A stretch of 64,000 nt of DNA from the human T2T-CHM13v2.0 reference genome, Homo sapiens. The notes beneath the pieces were generated by a model. That model was not told the DNA's origin. It did not search any database and saw nothing but the letters and a program-made list of their open reading frames with translations. The position numbers were made by a program, and so were the translations under genes. Where the stretch lies: assembly GCF_009914755.1 (NCBI RefSeq), contig NC_060934.1; one strand, given 5' to 3'. This document shows positions 25,201-37,392 of the stretch, piece by piece. Numbering within the stretch: position 1 is the stretch's first letter; each line of letters begins with the position of its first letter.

Positions 25201-28020
25201 GTTGTGTGTATTCAACTCACAGAGTTGAACCTTTCTTTAGAGAGAGCAGAGTTGAAACACTCTTTTTGTGGAATTTGCTAGTGCAGATTTCAAACGCTTC
25301 GAAGACAGTGATAGCAAAGGATATATCTTCGTATTAAAACTAGACAAAATCATTCTCAGAAAACACTTTCTGATGTGTGTGTTCAACTCACAGAGTTTAA
25401 CCTTTCTTTAATCGAGCAGTTTGGAAATACACTCTTTGTAAGTCTGCAGGTGGATAATTGGCCCTCTTTGAGCCCTTCGTTGGAAACGGGATTTCCTCAT
25501 ATAATGCTAGACAGAAGAATTCTCAGTAACTTCTTTGTGTTGTTTGTATTCAACTCACAGATTTGAACCTTCCTTTAGAGAGAGCAGATTTGAAACACTC
25601 TGTTTTTGGAATTTGCAAGTGCAGATTTAAAGCGCTTCTAGGCCTATGGCAGAAAAGGAAATATCTTCGTATAAAAACTACACAGAATCATTCTCAACAA
25701 CTACTTTGTGATGTGTGCGTTCAACTCACAGAGTTTAACCTTTCTTTTCATAGAGGAGTTTGGAAACACTCTCTTTGTAAAGCCTGCAAGTGCTTTTTTG
25801 GACTTCATTGAGGCCTTCGTTGGAAACGGGATTTCTTCATATAATGCTAGACAGAAGAATTCTCAGTCACTTCTTTGTGTTGTGTGTATTCAAGTCACAG
25901 AGTTGAACCTTCTTTTAGACAGAGCAGTTTTGAAAAATTCTTTCTGTGGAATTTGCAATTGGAGATTTTAAGCGATTTGAGGCTAATCTTTGAAATGGAA
26001 ATATCTTCGTGTAAAAACTACACAGAATCATTCTCAGAAACTGCTTTGTCATCTGTGCGTTCAGTTCACAGAGTTTCACCTTTCTCTTCATAGAGCAGTT
26101 TGGAAAGACTCTGTCTGTAATGTCTGCAAGTGATTAGTTAGACCCCTTTGAGGCCTTCGTTGGAAGCGGGATTTCTCATTTACTGCTAGACAGAAGAATT
26201 CTCAGTAAATCCTTTGTGTTGTGTGTATTCAACTCACAGAGTGGAACCTTCCTTTATTCAGAGCAGTTTTGAAAAACACTTTTTGTGGAATTTGCAAGAG
26301 GAGATTTCAAGCGATTTGACGCCAATCTTAGACATGGAAAAATCTTCATATTAAAAGTACACAGAGTCATTCGTAGAAACTAGTTTGTGATGTGTGCCTT
26401 CAACTCACAGAGTTTAACCTTTCTTTTCATAGAGCAGTTGGGAAACACTCTATTTGTAAAGTCTGCAAGTGGATATTTGGACCTCTTTGAGGCCTTCGTT
26501 GGAAACGGGATTTCTTCATATAACGCTAGACAGAAGAATTCTCAGTAACTTCTTTGTGTTGTGTGTATTCAACTCACAGAGTTGAACCTTTCTTTAGAGG
26601 GAGCAGAGGTGAAACAGTGTTTTTGTGGAATTTGCTAGTGTAGATTTCAAACGCTTCGAAGTCAGTGATAGAAAAGGAGATATCTTCGTATTAAAAGTAG
26701 ACAAAATCATTCTCAGAAAACTCTTTGTGATGTGTGTGTTCAACTCACAGAGTTTAACCTTTCTTTAATCGAGCAGTTTGGAAATACACTCTTTGTAAGT
26801 CTGCAGGTGGATATTTGGCCCTCTTTGAGCCCTTCTTTGGAAACGGGATTTCCTCTTATAATGCTAGACAGAAGAATTCTCAGTAACTTCTCTGTGTTGT
26901 TTGTATTCAACTCACAGATTTGAACCTTCCTTTAGAGAGAGCAGATTTGAAACACTCTGTTTTTGGAATTTGCAAGTGCAGATTTCAAGCACTTCTAGGC
27001 CTATGGCAGAAAAGGAAATATCTTCGTTTAAAAACTACACAGAATCATTCTCAACAACTACTTTGTGATGTGTGTGTTCAACTCACAGAGTTTAACCTTT
27101 CTTTTCATAGAGCAGTTTGGAAACACTCTGTTTGTAAAGCCTGCAAGTGCTTTTTTGGACTTCATTGAGGCCTTCGTTGGAAACGGGATTTCTTCATACA
27201 ACGCTGGACAGAAGAATTCTCAGTAACTTCTTTGTGTTGTGTGTATTCAACTCACAGAGTTGAACCTTTCTTTAGAGAGAGCAGAGTTGAAACACTCTGT
27301 TTTTGGAATTTGCAAGTGCAGATTTCAAGCGATTCTAGGCCTATGGCAGAAAAGGAAATATCTTCGTATAAAAACTACACAGAATCATTCTCAACAACTA
27401 CTTTGTGATGTGTGCGTTCAACTCACAAAGTTTAACTTTTCTTTTCAAAGAGCAGTTTGGAAACACTCTGTTTGTAAAGCCTGCAATTGCTTTTTTGGTC
27501 TTCATTGAGGCCTTCGTTGGAAAGGGGATTTCTTCATATAATGCTAGACAGAAGAATTCTCAGTAAATCCTTTGTGTTGTGTGTATTCAACCCACAGAGT
27601 GGAACCTTCCTTTATTCAGAGCAGTTTTGAAACACTCTTTTTGTGGAATTTGCAAGTGGAGATTTCAAGCGATTTGACGCCAATCATAGACATGGAAATA
27701 TCTTCATATTAAAAGTACACAGAGTCATTCGTAGAAACTAGTTTGTGATGTGTGCCTTCAACTCACAGAGTTTAACCTTTCTTTTCATAGAGCTGTTCGG
27801 AAACACTCTATTTGTAAAGTCTGCAAGTGGATATTTGGACCTCTTTGAGGCCTTCGTTGGAAACGGGATTTCTTCATATAACGCTAGACAGAAGAATTCT
27901 CAGTAACTTCTTTGTGTTGTGTGTATTCAACTCACAGAGTTGAACCTTTCTTTAGAGAGAGCAGAGTTGAAACACTCTTTTTGTGGAATTTGCTAGTGCA
28001 GATTTCAAACGCTTCGAAGA
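22280..28020 (+). repeat. Dispersed duplication of a ~1.7 kb A-B-C-E-A-B block at offset 4072 bp (about 22280-23950 and 26350-28020)
   Basis: ORF pairs 22660/26732, 22848/26920 and 23167/27239. Shared rare variants: GAAGTCAGTG, AAAAGTAGAC, CTTCTTTGG, CAAGCACTTC, TTCAAAGAG, GGTCTTCATT. Confidence 0.8.
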
Positions 28021-30945
28021 CAGTGATAGAAAAGGATATATCTTCGTGTTAAAACTAGACAAAATCATTCTCAGAAAACACTTTGTGATGTGTGTGTTCC
28101 ACTCACAGAGTTTAACCTTTCTTTAATCGAGCAGTTTGGAAATACACTCTTTGTAAGTCTGTAGGTGTATAATTGGCCCTCTTTGAGCCCTTCGTTGGAA
28201 ACGGGATTTCCTCATATAATGCTAGACAGAAGAATTCTCAGTAACTTCTTTGTGTTGTTTGTATTCAACTCACAGATTTGAACCTTCCTTTAGAGAGAGC
28301 AGATTTGAAACACTCTGTTTTTGGAATTTGCAAGTGCAGATTTCAAGCGCTTCTAGGCCTATGGCAGAAAAGGAAATATCTTCGTATAAAAACTACACAG
28401 AATCATTCTCAACAACTACTTTGTGATGTGTGCGTTCAACTCACAGAGTTTAACCTTTCTTTTCATAGAGGAGTTTGGAAACACTCTGTTTGTAAAGCCT
28501 GCATGTGCTTTTTTGGACTTCATTGAGGCCTTCGTTGGAAACGGGATTTCTTCATATAATGCTAGACAGAAGAATTCTCAGTAACTTCTTTGTGTTGTGT
28601 GTATTCAACTCACAGAGTTGAACCTCTCTTTAGAGGGAGCAGAGGTGAAACACTCTTTTTGTGGAATTTGCTAGTGCAGATTTCAAACGCTTCGAAGACA
28701 GTGATAGAAAAGGATATATCTTCGTATTAAAACTAGACAAAATCATTCTCAGAAAACTCTTTGTGATGTGTGTGTTCAACTCACAGAGTTTAACCTTTCT
28801 TTAATCGAGCAGTTTGGAAATACACTCTTTGTAAGTCTGCAGGTGGATAATTGGCCCTCTTTGAGCCCTTCGTTTGAAACGGGATTTCCTCATATAATGC
28901 TAGACAGAAGAATTCTCAGTAACTTCTTTGTGTTGTTTGTATTCAACACACAGATTTGAACCTTCCTTTAGAGAGAGCAGATTTGAAACACTCTGTTTTT
29001 GGAATTTGCAAGCGCAGATTTCAAGCGCTTCTAGGCCTATGGCAGAAAAGGAAATATCTTCGTATAAAAACTACACAGAATCATTCTCAACAACTACTTT
29101 GTGATGTGTGCGTTCAACTCACAGAGTTTAACCTTTCTTTTCATAGAGCAGTTTGGAAACACTCTGTTTGTAAAGCCTGCAAGTGCTTTTTTGGACTTCA
29201 TTGAGGCCTTCGTTGGAAACGGGATTTCTTCATATAATGCTAGACAGAAGAATTCTCAGTCAGTTCTTTGTGTTGTGTGTATTCAAGTCACAGAGTTGAA
29301 CCTTCCTTTAGACAGAGCAGTTTTGAAAAATTCTTTCTGTGGAATTTGCAAGTGGAGATTTCAAGCGATTTGCGGCTAATCTTTGAAATGGAAATATCTT
29401 CGTGTAAAAACGACACAGAATCATTCTCAGAAACTGCTTTGTCATCTGTGCGTTCAGTTCACAGAGTTTCACCTTTCTCTTCATAGAGCAGTTTGGAAAG
29501 ACTCTGTCTGTAAAGTCTGCAAGTGATTAGTTAGACCCCTTTGAGGCCTTCGTTAGAAGCGGGATTTCTCATTTACTGCTAGACAGAAGAATTCTCAGTA
29601 AATCCTTTGTGTTGTGTCTATTCAACTCACAGAGTGGAACCTTCCTTTATTCAGAGAAGTTTTGAAAAACACTTTTTATGGAATTTGCAAGTAGAGATTT
29701 CAAGCGATTTTACACCAATCTTAGACATGGAAATATCTTCATATTTAAAGTACACAGAGTCATTCGTAGAAACTAGTTTGTGATGTGTGCCTTCAACTCA
29801 CAGAGCTTAACCTTTCTTTTCGTAGAGCAGTTCGGAAACACTCTATTTGTAAAGTCTGCATGTGGATATTTGGACCTCTTTGAGGCCTTCGTTGGAAACG
29901 GGATTTCTTCATATAACGCTAGACAGAAGAATTCTCAGTAACTTCTTTGTGTTGTGTGTATTCAACTCACAGAGTTGAACCTTTCTTTAGAGAGAGCAGA
30001 GTTGAAACACTCTTTTTGTGGAATTTGCTAGTGCAGATTTCAAACGCTTCGAAGAGAGTGATAGAAAAGGATATATCTTCGTATTAAAACTAGACAAAAT
30101 CATTCTCAGAAAACACTTTGTGATGTGTGTGTTCCACTCACAGAGTTTAACCTTTCTTTAATCGAGCAGTTTGGAAATACACTCTTTGTAAGTCTGCAGG
30201 TGGATAATTGGCCCTCTTTGAACCCTTCGTTTGAAACGGGATTTCCTCATATAATGCTAGACAGAAGAATTCTCAGTAACTTCTTTGTGTTGTTTGTATT
30301 CAACACACAGATTTGAACCTTCCTTTAGAGAGAGCAGATTTGAAACACTCTGTTTTTGGAATTTGCAAGCGCAGATTTCAAGCGCTTCTAGGCCTTTGGC
30401 AGAAAAGGAAATACCTTCGTATAAAAACTACACAGAATCATTCTCAACAACTACTTTGTGATGTGTGCGTTCAACTCACAGAGTTTAACCTTTCTTTTCA
30501 TAGAGCAGTTTGGAAACACTCTGTTTGTAAAGCCTGCAAGTGCTTTTTTGGACTTCATTGAGGCCTTCGTTGGAAACGGGATTTCTTCATATAATGCTAG
30601 ACAGAAGAATTCTCAGTCACTTCTTTGTGTTGTGTGTATTCAAGTCACAGAGTTGAACCTTCCTTTAGACAGAGCAGTTTTGAAAAATTCTTTCTGTGGA
30701 ATTTGCAAGTGGAGATTTCAAGCGATTTGAGGCTAATCTTTGAAATGGAAATATCTTCGTATAAAAACTACGCAGAATCATTCTCAGAAACTGCTTTGTT
30801 ATCTGTGCGTTCAGTTCACAGACTTTCACTTTTCTCTTCATAGAGCAGTTTGGAAAGACTCTGTCTGTAAAGTCTGCAAGTGATTAGTTAGACCCCTTTG
30901 AGGCCTTCGTTGGAAGCGGGATTTCTCATTTACTGCTAGACAGAA

Positions 30946-33900
30946 GAATTCTCAGTAAATCCTTTGTGTTGTGTGTATTCAACTCACAGAGTGGAACCTT
31001 CCTTTATTCAGAGAAGTTTTGAAACACTCTTTTTGTGGAATTTGCAAGTGGAGATTTCAAGAGATTTGACGGCAATCTTAGACATGGAAATATCTTCATA
31101 TTAAAAGTACACAGAATCATTCGTAGAAACTAGTTTGTGATGTGTGCCTTCAACTCACAGAGTTTAACCTTTCTTTTCATAGAGTAGTTTGGAAACACTC
31201 TATTTGTAAAGTCTGCAAGTGGATATTTGGACCTCTTTGATTCCTTCGTTGGAAAAGGGATTTCTTCGTATAACGCTAGACAGAAGAATTCTCAGTAGCT
31301 TCTTTGTGTTGTGTATATTCAACTCACAGAGTTGAACCTTTCTTTAGAGAGAGCAGAGTTGAAACACTTTTTGTGGAATTTGCTAGTGCAGATTTCAAAC
31401 GCTTCGAAGATAGTGATAGAAAAGGATATATCTTCGTATTAAAACTAGACAAAATCATTCTCAGAAAACACTTTGTGATGTGTGTGTTCAACTCACAGAA
31501 TTTAACCTTTCTTTAATCGAGCAGTTTGGAAATACACTATTTGTAAGTCTGCAGGTGGATAATTGGCCCTCTTTGAGCCGTTCGTTGGAAACGGGATTTC
31601 CTCATATCATGCTAGACAGAAGAATTCTCAGTAACTTCTTTGTGTTGTTTGTATTCAACTCACAGATTTGAACCTTCCTTTAGAGAGAGCAGATTTGAAA
31701 CACTCTGTTTCTGGAATTTGCAAGGGCAGATTCCAAGCGCTTCTAGGCCTATGGCAGAAAAGGAAATATCTTCGTATAAAAACTACACAGAATCATTCTC
31801 AGGAACTACTTTCTGATGTGTGCGTTCAACACACGGAGTTTAACCTTTCTTTTCATAGAGCAGTTTGGAAACACTCTGTTTGTAAAGTCTGCAAGTGCAT
31901 ATTTGGACCTCTTTGAGGCCTTCGTTGGAAACGTGATTTCTTCATATAATGCTAGGCAGAAGAATTATCAGTCACTTCTTTGTGTTGTGTGTATTCAAGT
32001 CACAGAGTTGAACCTTCCTTTAGACAGAGCAGTTTTGAAAAACTCTTTCTGTGGAATTTGCAAGTGGAGATTTCAAGCGATTTGAGGTCAATCTTTGAGA
32101 TGGAAATATCTTCGTGTAAAAACTACACAGAATCATTCTCAGAAATTGCTTTGTGATGTCTGCGTTCAGCTTACAGAGTTTCACCTTTCTTTTTATAGAG
32201 CAGTTTGGAAAGACTCTGTCTGTAAAGTCTGCAAGTGAATACTTGGACCCCTTTGTTTATTTCGTTGGAAGAGGGATTTTTTCATTTACAGCTAGACAGA
32301 AGAATTCTCAGTAAATCCTTTGTGTTGTGTGAATTCAACTCACAGAGTTGAACCTTCCCTTATTCAGAGCAGTTTTGAAACACTCTTTTTGTGGAATTTC
32401 CAGGTGGAGATTTCAAGAGATTTGACGCCTATCTTAGACATGGAAATATCTTCGTATTAAAACTACAGAGTCATTCGTAGAAACTAGTTTGTGATGTGTG
32501 CCTTCAACTCACAGAGTTTAACCTTTCTTTTCATAGAGCACTTTGGAAACACTCTGTTTGTAAAGTCTGCAAGTGGATATTTGGACCTCTTTGAGGACTC
32601 AGTTGGAAACGGGATTTCTTCATATAACGCTAGACAGAAGAATTCTCATTAACTTCTTTGTGTTGTGTGCATTCAACTCACAGAGTTGAAACTTTCTTTA
32701 GAGAGAGCAGATTTGAAACACTCTTTTTGTGGAATTTGCTAGTGCAGATATCAAACGCTTCGAGGACAATGGCAGAAAAGTTTATATCTTCATATTAAAA
32801 TTAGACAAAATCATTCTCAGAATACACTTTGTGATGTGTGTGTTCAACTCACAGAATTTAACATTCCTTTAATCGAGCAGTTAGGAAACACTCTCTTTGT
32901 AAAGTCTGCAAGTGGATAATTGGCCGTCTTTGAGCCCTTCGGTGGAAACGGGATTTCCTCATATAATGCTAGACAGAAGAATTCTCAGTAACTTCTTTGT
33001 GTTGTTTGTATTCAACTCAGAGATTTGAACATTCCCTTGGAGAGAGCAGATTTGAAAAACTCTTTTTTTGGTATTTGCAAGTACAGATTTCAAGCGCTTC
33101 TAGGCCTATGGCAGAAAAGGAAATATCTTCGTATAAAAACTACACAGAATCATTCTCAACAACTACTTTGTGATGTGAGCGTTCAACTCACAGAGTTTAA
33201 CCTTTCTTTTCATAGAGCACTTTGGAAAGACTCTGTCTGTAAAGTCTGCAAGTGCTTATTTGGACTTCTTTGAGGCCTTCGTTGGAAACGGGATTTCTTC
33301 ATATAACGCTAGACAGAAGAATTCTCATTTACTTCTTTGTGTTGTGTGCATTCAACTCACAGAGTTGAAACTTTCTTTAGAGAGAGCAGATTTGAAACAC
33401 CCTTTCTGTGGAGTTTGCTAGTGCAGATTTCAAACGCTTCGAGGACAATGGTAGAAAAGGATGTATCTTCGTATTAAAACTAGACAAAATCATTCTCAGA
33501 ATACACTTTGTGATGTGTGTGTTCAACTTACAGAGTTTAACCTTTCTTTAATCGAGCAGTTTGGAAACACTCTCTTTGTAAAGTCTCCAAGTGGATAATT
33601 GGCCCTCTTTGAGCCCTTCGTTGGAAACGGGTTTTCCTCATATCATGCTAGACAGAAGAATTCTCAGTAACTTCTTTGTGTTGTTTGTATTCAACTCACA
33701 GATTTCAACCTTCCTTTAGAGAGAGCAGATTTGAAACACTCTTTTTTTGGTATTTGCAAGTGCAGATTCCAAGCGCTTCTAGGCCTATGGCAGAAAAGGA
33801 AATATCTTCTTATAAAAACAACACAGAATCATTCTCAGGAACTACTTTCTGATGTGTGCGTTCAACACACGGAGTTTAACCTTTCTTTTCATAGAGCAGT

Positions 33901-34676
33901 TTGGAAACACTCTGTTTGTAAAGTCTGCAAGTGCATATTTGGACCTCTTTGAAGCGTTCGTTGGAAACGTGATTTCTTCATATAATGCTAGGCAGAAGAA
34001 TTCTCAGTCACTTCTTTGTGTTGTGTGTATCTAAGTCACAGAGTTGAACCTTCCTTTAGACAGAGCAGTTTTGAAAAATTCTTTCTGTGGAATTTGCATG
34101 TGGAGATTTCAAGCGATTTGGGGCTAATCTTTGAAATGGAAATATCTTCGTGTAAAAACTACACAGAATCATTCTCAGACACTGCTTTGTTATCTGTGCG
34201 TTCAGTTCACAGAGTTTCACCTTTCTGTTCATAGAGCAGTTTGGAAAGACTCTGTCTGTAAAGTCTGCAAGTGATTAGTTAGACCCCTTTGAGGTCTTCG
34301 TTGGAAGCGGGATTTCTCATTTACTGCTAGAGAGAAGAATTCTCAGTAAATCCTTTGTGTTGTGTGTATTCAACTCACAGAGTGGAAACTTCCTTTATTC
34401 AGAGCAGTTTTGAAACACTCTTTTTGTGGAATTTGCAAGTGGAGATTTCAAGCGATTTGACGCCAATCTTAGACATGGAAATATCTTCATATTAAAAGTA
34501 CACAGAGTCATTCGTAGAAACTAGTTTGTGATGTGTGCCTTCAGCTCACAGAGTTTAACCTTTCTTTTCATAAAGGAGTTTGGAAACACTCTATTTGTAA
34601 AATCTGCAGGTGGATATTTGGACCTCTTTGAGGCCTTCGTTGGAAACGGGATTTCTTCATATAACGCTAGACAGAA
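30946..34676 (+). repeat. Divergent sister-HOR block, copy 1 (A-B-C*-D*-A*-B*-C**-B**-C***-D**-A)
   Basis: Many variants here are absent from the main array: CAGGAACTACT, AACACACGGAG, GAATTATCAG, GAATACTTGG, GAGGACAATGG, GAATTCTCATT, GATATCAAAC, GTCTCCAAG. RsaI and PstI sites are lost in the starred dimers. Confidence 0.88.
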
Positions 34677-37392
34677 GAATTCTCAGTAACTTCTTTTTGT
34701 TGTGTGTATTCAACTCACAGAGTTGAACCTTTCTTTAGAGAGAGCAGAGTTGAAACACTCTGTTTTTGGAATTTGCAAGTGCAGATTTCAAGCGCTTCTA
34801 GGCCTATGGCAGAAAAGGAAATATCTTCGTATAAAAACTACACAGAATCATTCTCAACAACTACTTTGTGAAGTGTGCGTTCAACTCACAGAGTTTAACC
34901 TTTCTTTTCATAGAGCAGTTTGGAAACACTCTGTTTGTAAAGCCTGCAAGTGCTTTTTTGGACTTCATTGAGGCCTTCGTTGGAAACGGGATTTCTTCAT
35001 ATAATGCTGGACAGAAGATTTCTCAGTCACTTCTTTGTGTTGTGTGTATTCAAGTCACAGAGTTGAACCTTCCTTTAGACAGAGCAGTTTTGAAAAATTC
35101 TTTCTGTGGTGTTTGCAAGTGGAGATTTCAAGCGATTTGAGGCTAATCTTTGAAATGGAAATATCTTCGTGTAAAAACTACACAGAAGCATTCTCAGAAA
35201 CTGCTTTGTCATCTGTGCGTTCAGTTCACAGAGTTTCACCTTTCTCTTCATAGAGCAGTTTGGAAAAACTCTGTCTGTAAAGTCTGCAAGTGATTAGTTA
35301 GACCCCTTTGAGGCCTTCGTTGGAAGCGGGATTTCTCATTTACTGCTAGACAGAAGAATTCTCAGTAAATCCTTTGTGTTGTGTGTATTCAACTCACAGA
35401 GTGGAACCTTCCTTTATTCAGAGCAGTTTTGAAAAACACTTTTTGTGGAATTTGCAAGTGGAGATTTCAAGCGATTTGACGCCAATCTTAGACAGAGAAA
35501 TATCTTCATATTAAAAGTACACAGAGTCATTCGTAGAAACTAGTATGTGATGTGTGCCTTCAACTCACAGAGTTTAACCTTTTTTTTCATAGAGCAGTTT
35601 GGAAACACTCTATTTGTAAAATCTGCAAGTGGATATTTGGACCTCTTTGAGGCCTTCGTTGGAAACGGGATTTCTTCATACAACGCTAGACAGAAGAATT
35701 CTCAGTAACTTGTTTGTGTTGTGTGTATTCAACTCACAGAGTTGAACCTTTCTTTAGAGAGTGCAGAGTTGAAACACTCTGTTTTTGGAATTTGCAAGTG
35801 CAGATTTCAAGCGCTTCTAGGCCTATGGCAGAAAAGGAAATATCTTCGTATAAAAACTACACAGAATCATTCTCAACAACTACTTTGTGATGTGTGCGTT
35901 CAACTCACAGAGTTTAACCTTTCTTTTCATAGAGCAGTTTGGAAACACTCTGTTTGTAAAGCCTGCAAGTGCTTTTTTGGACTTCATTGAGGCCTTCGTT
36001 GGAAACGGGATTTCTTCATATAAAGCTAGACAGAAGAATTCTCAGTCACTTCTTTGTGTTGTGTGTATTCAAGTCACAGAGTTGAACCTTCCTTTAGACA
36101 GAGCAGTTTTGAAAAATTCTTTCTGTGGAATTTGCAAGTGGAGATTTCAAGCGATTTGAGGCTAATCTTTGAAATGGAAATATCTTCGTGTAAAAACGAC
36201 ACAGAATCATTCTCAGAAACTGCTTTGTCATCTGTGCTTTCAGTTCACAGAGTTTCACCTTTCTCTTCTTAGAGCAGTTTGGAAAGACTCTGTCTGTAAA
36301 GTCTGCAAGTGATTAGTTAGACCCCTTTGAGGCCTTCGTTGGAAGCGGGATTTCTCATTTACTGCTAGACAGAAGAATTCTCAGTAAATCCTTTGTGTTG
36401 TGTGTATTCAACTCACAGAGTGGAACCTTCTTTATTCAGAGCAGTTTTGAAAAACACTTTTTGTGGAATATTCAAGTGGAGATTTCAAGCGATTTGACGC
36501 CAATCTTAGACATGGAAATATCTTCATATTAAAAGTACACAGAGTAATCCGTAGAAACTAGATTGTGATGTGTGCCTTCACCTCACAGAGTTTAACCTTT
36601 CTTTTCATAGAGAAGTTTGGAAACACTCTATTTTTAAAGTCTGCAAGTGGATATTTGGACCTCTTTGAGGCCTTCGTTGGAAACGGGATTTCTTCATACA
36701 ACGCTAGACAGAAGAATTCTCAGTAACTTCTTTGTGTTGTGTGTATTCAACTCACAGAGTTGAACCTTTCTTTAGAGAGAGCAGAGTTGAAACACTCTGT
36801 TTTTGGAATTTGCAAGTGCAGATTTCAAGCGCTTCTAGGCCTATGGCAGAAAAGGAAATATCTTCGTATAAAAACTACACAGAATCATTCTCAACAACTA
36901 CTTTGTGATGTGTGTGTTCAACTCACAGAGTTTAACCTTTCTTTTCATAGAGCAGTTTGGAAACACTCTGTTTGTAAAGCCTGCAAGTGCTTTTTTGGAC
37001 TTCATTGAGGCCTTCGTTGGAAACGGGATTTCTTCATATAATGCTAGACAGAAGAATTCTCAGTCACTTCTTTGTGTTGTGTGTATTCAAGTCACAGAGT
37101 TGAACCTTCCTTTAGACAGAGCAGTTTTGAAAAATTCTTTCTGTGGAATTTGCAAGTGGAGATTTCAAGCGATTTGAGGCTAATCTTTGAAATGGAAATA
37201 TCTTCGTGTAAAAACTACACAGAATCATTTTCAGAAACTGCTTTGTCATCTGTGCGTTCAGTTCACAGAGTTTCACCTTTCTCTTCATAGAGCAGTTTGG
37301 AAAGACTCTGTCTGTAAAGTCTGCAAGTGATTAGTTAGACCCCTTTGAGGCCTTCGTTGGAAGCGGGATTTCTCATTTACTGCTAGACAGAA
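34337..37392 (+). repeat. Run of three 6-mer HORs (A-E-D, ~1019 bp)
   Basis: ORFs at 34702/35721/36739 (spacing 1019, 1018). There is no intact B dimer in these units. Confidence 0.92.
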
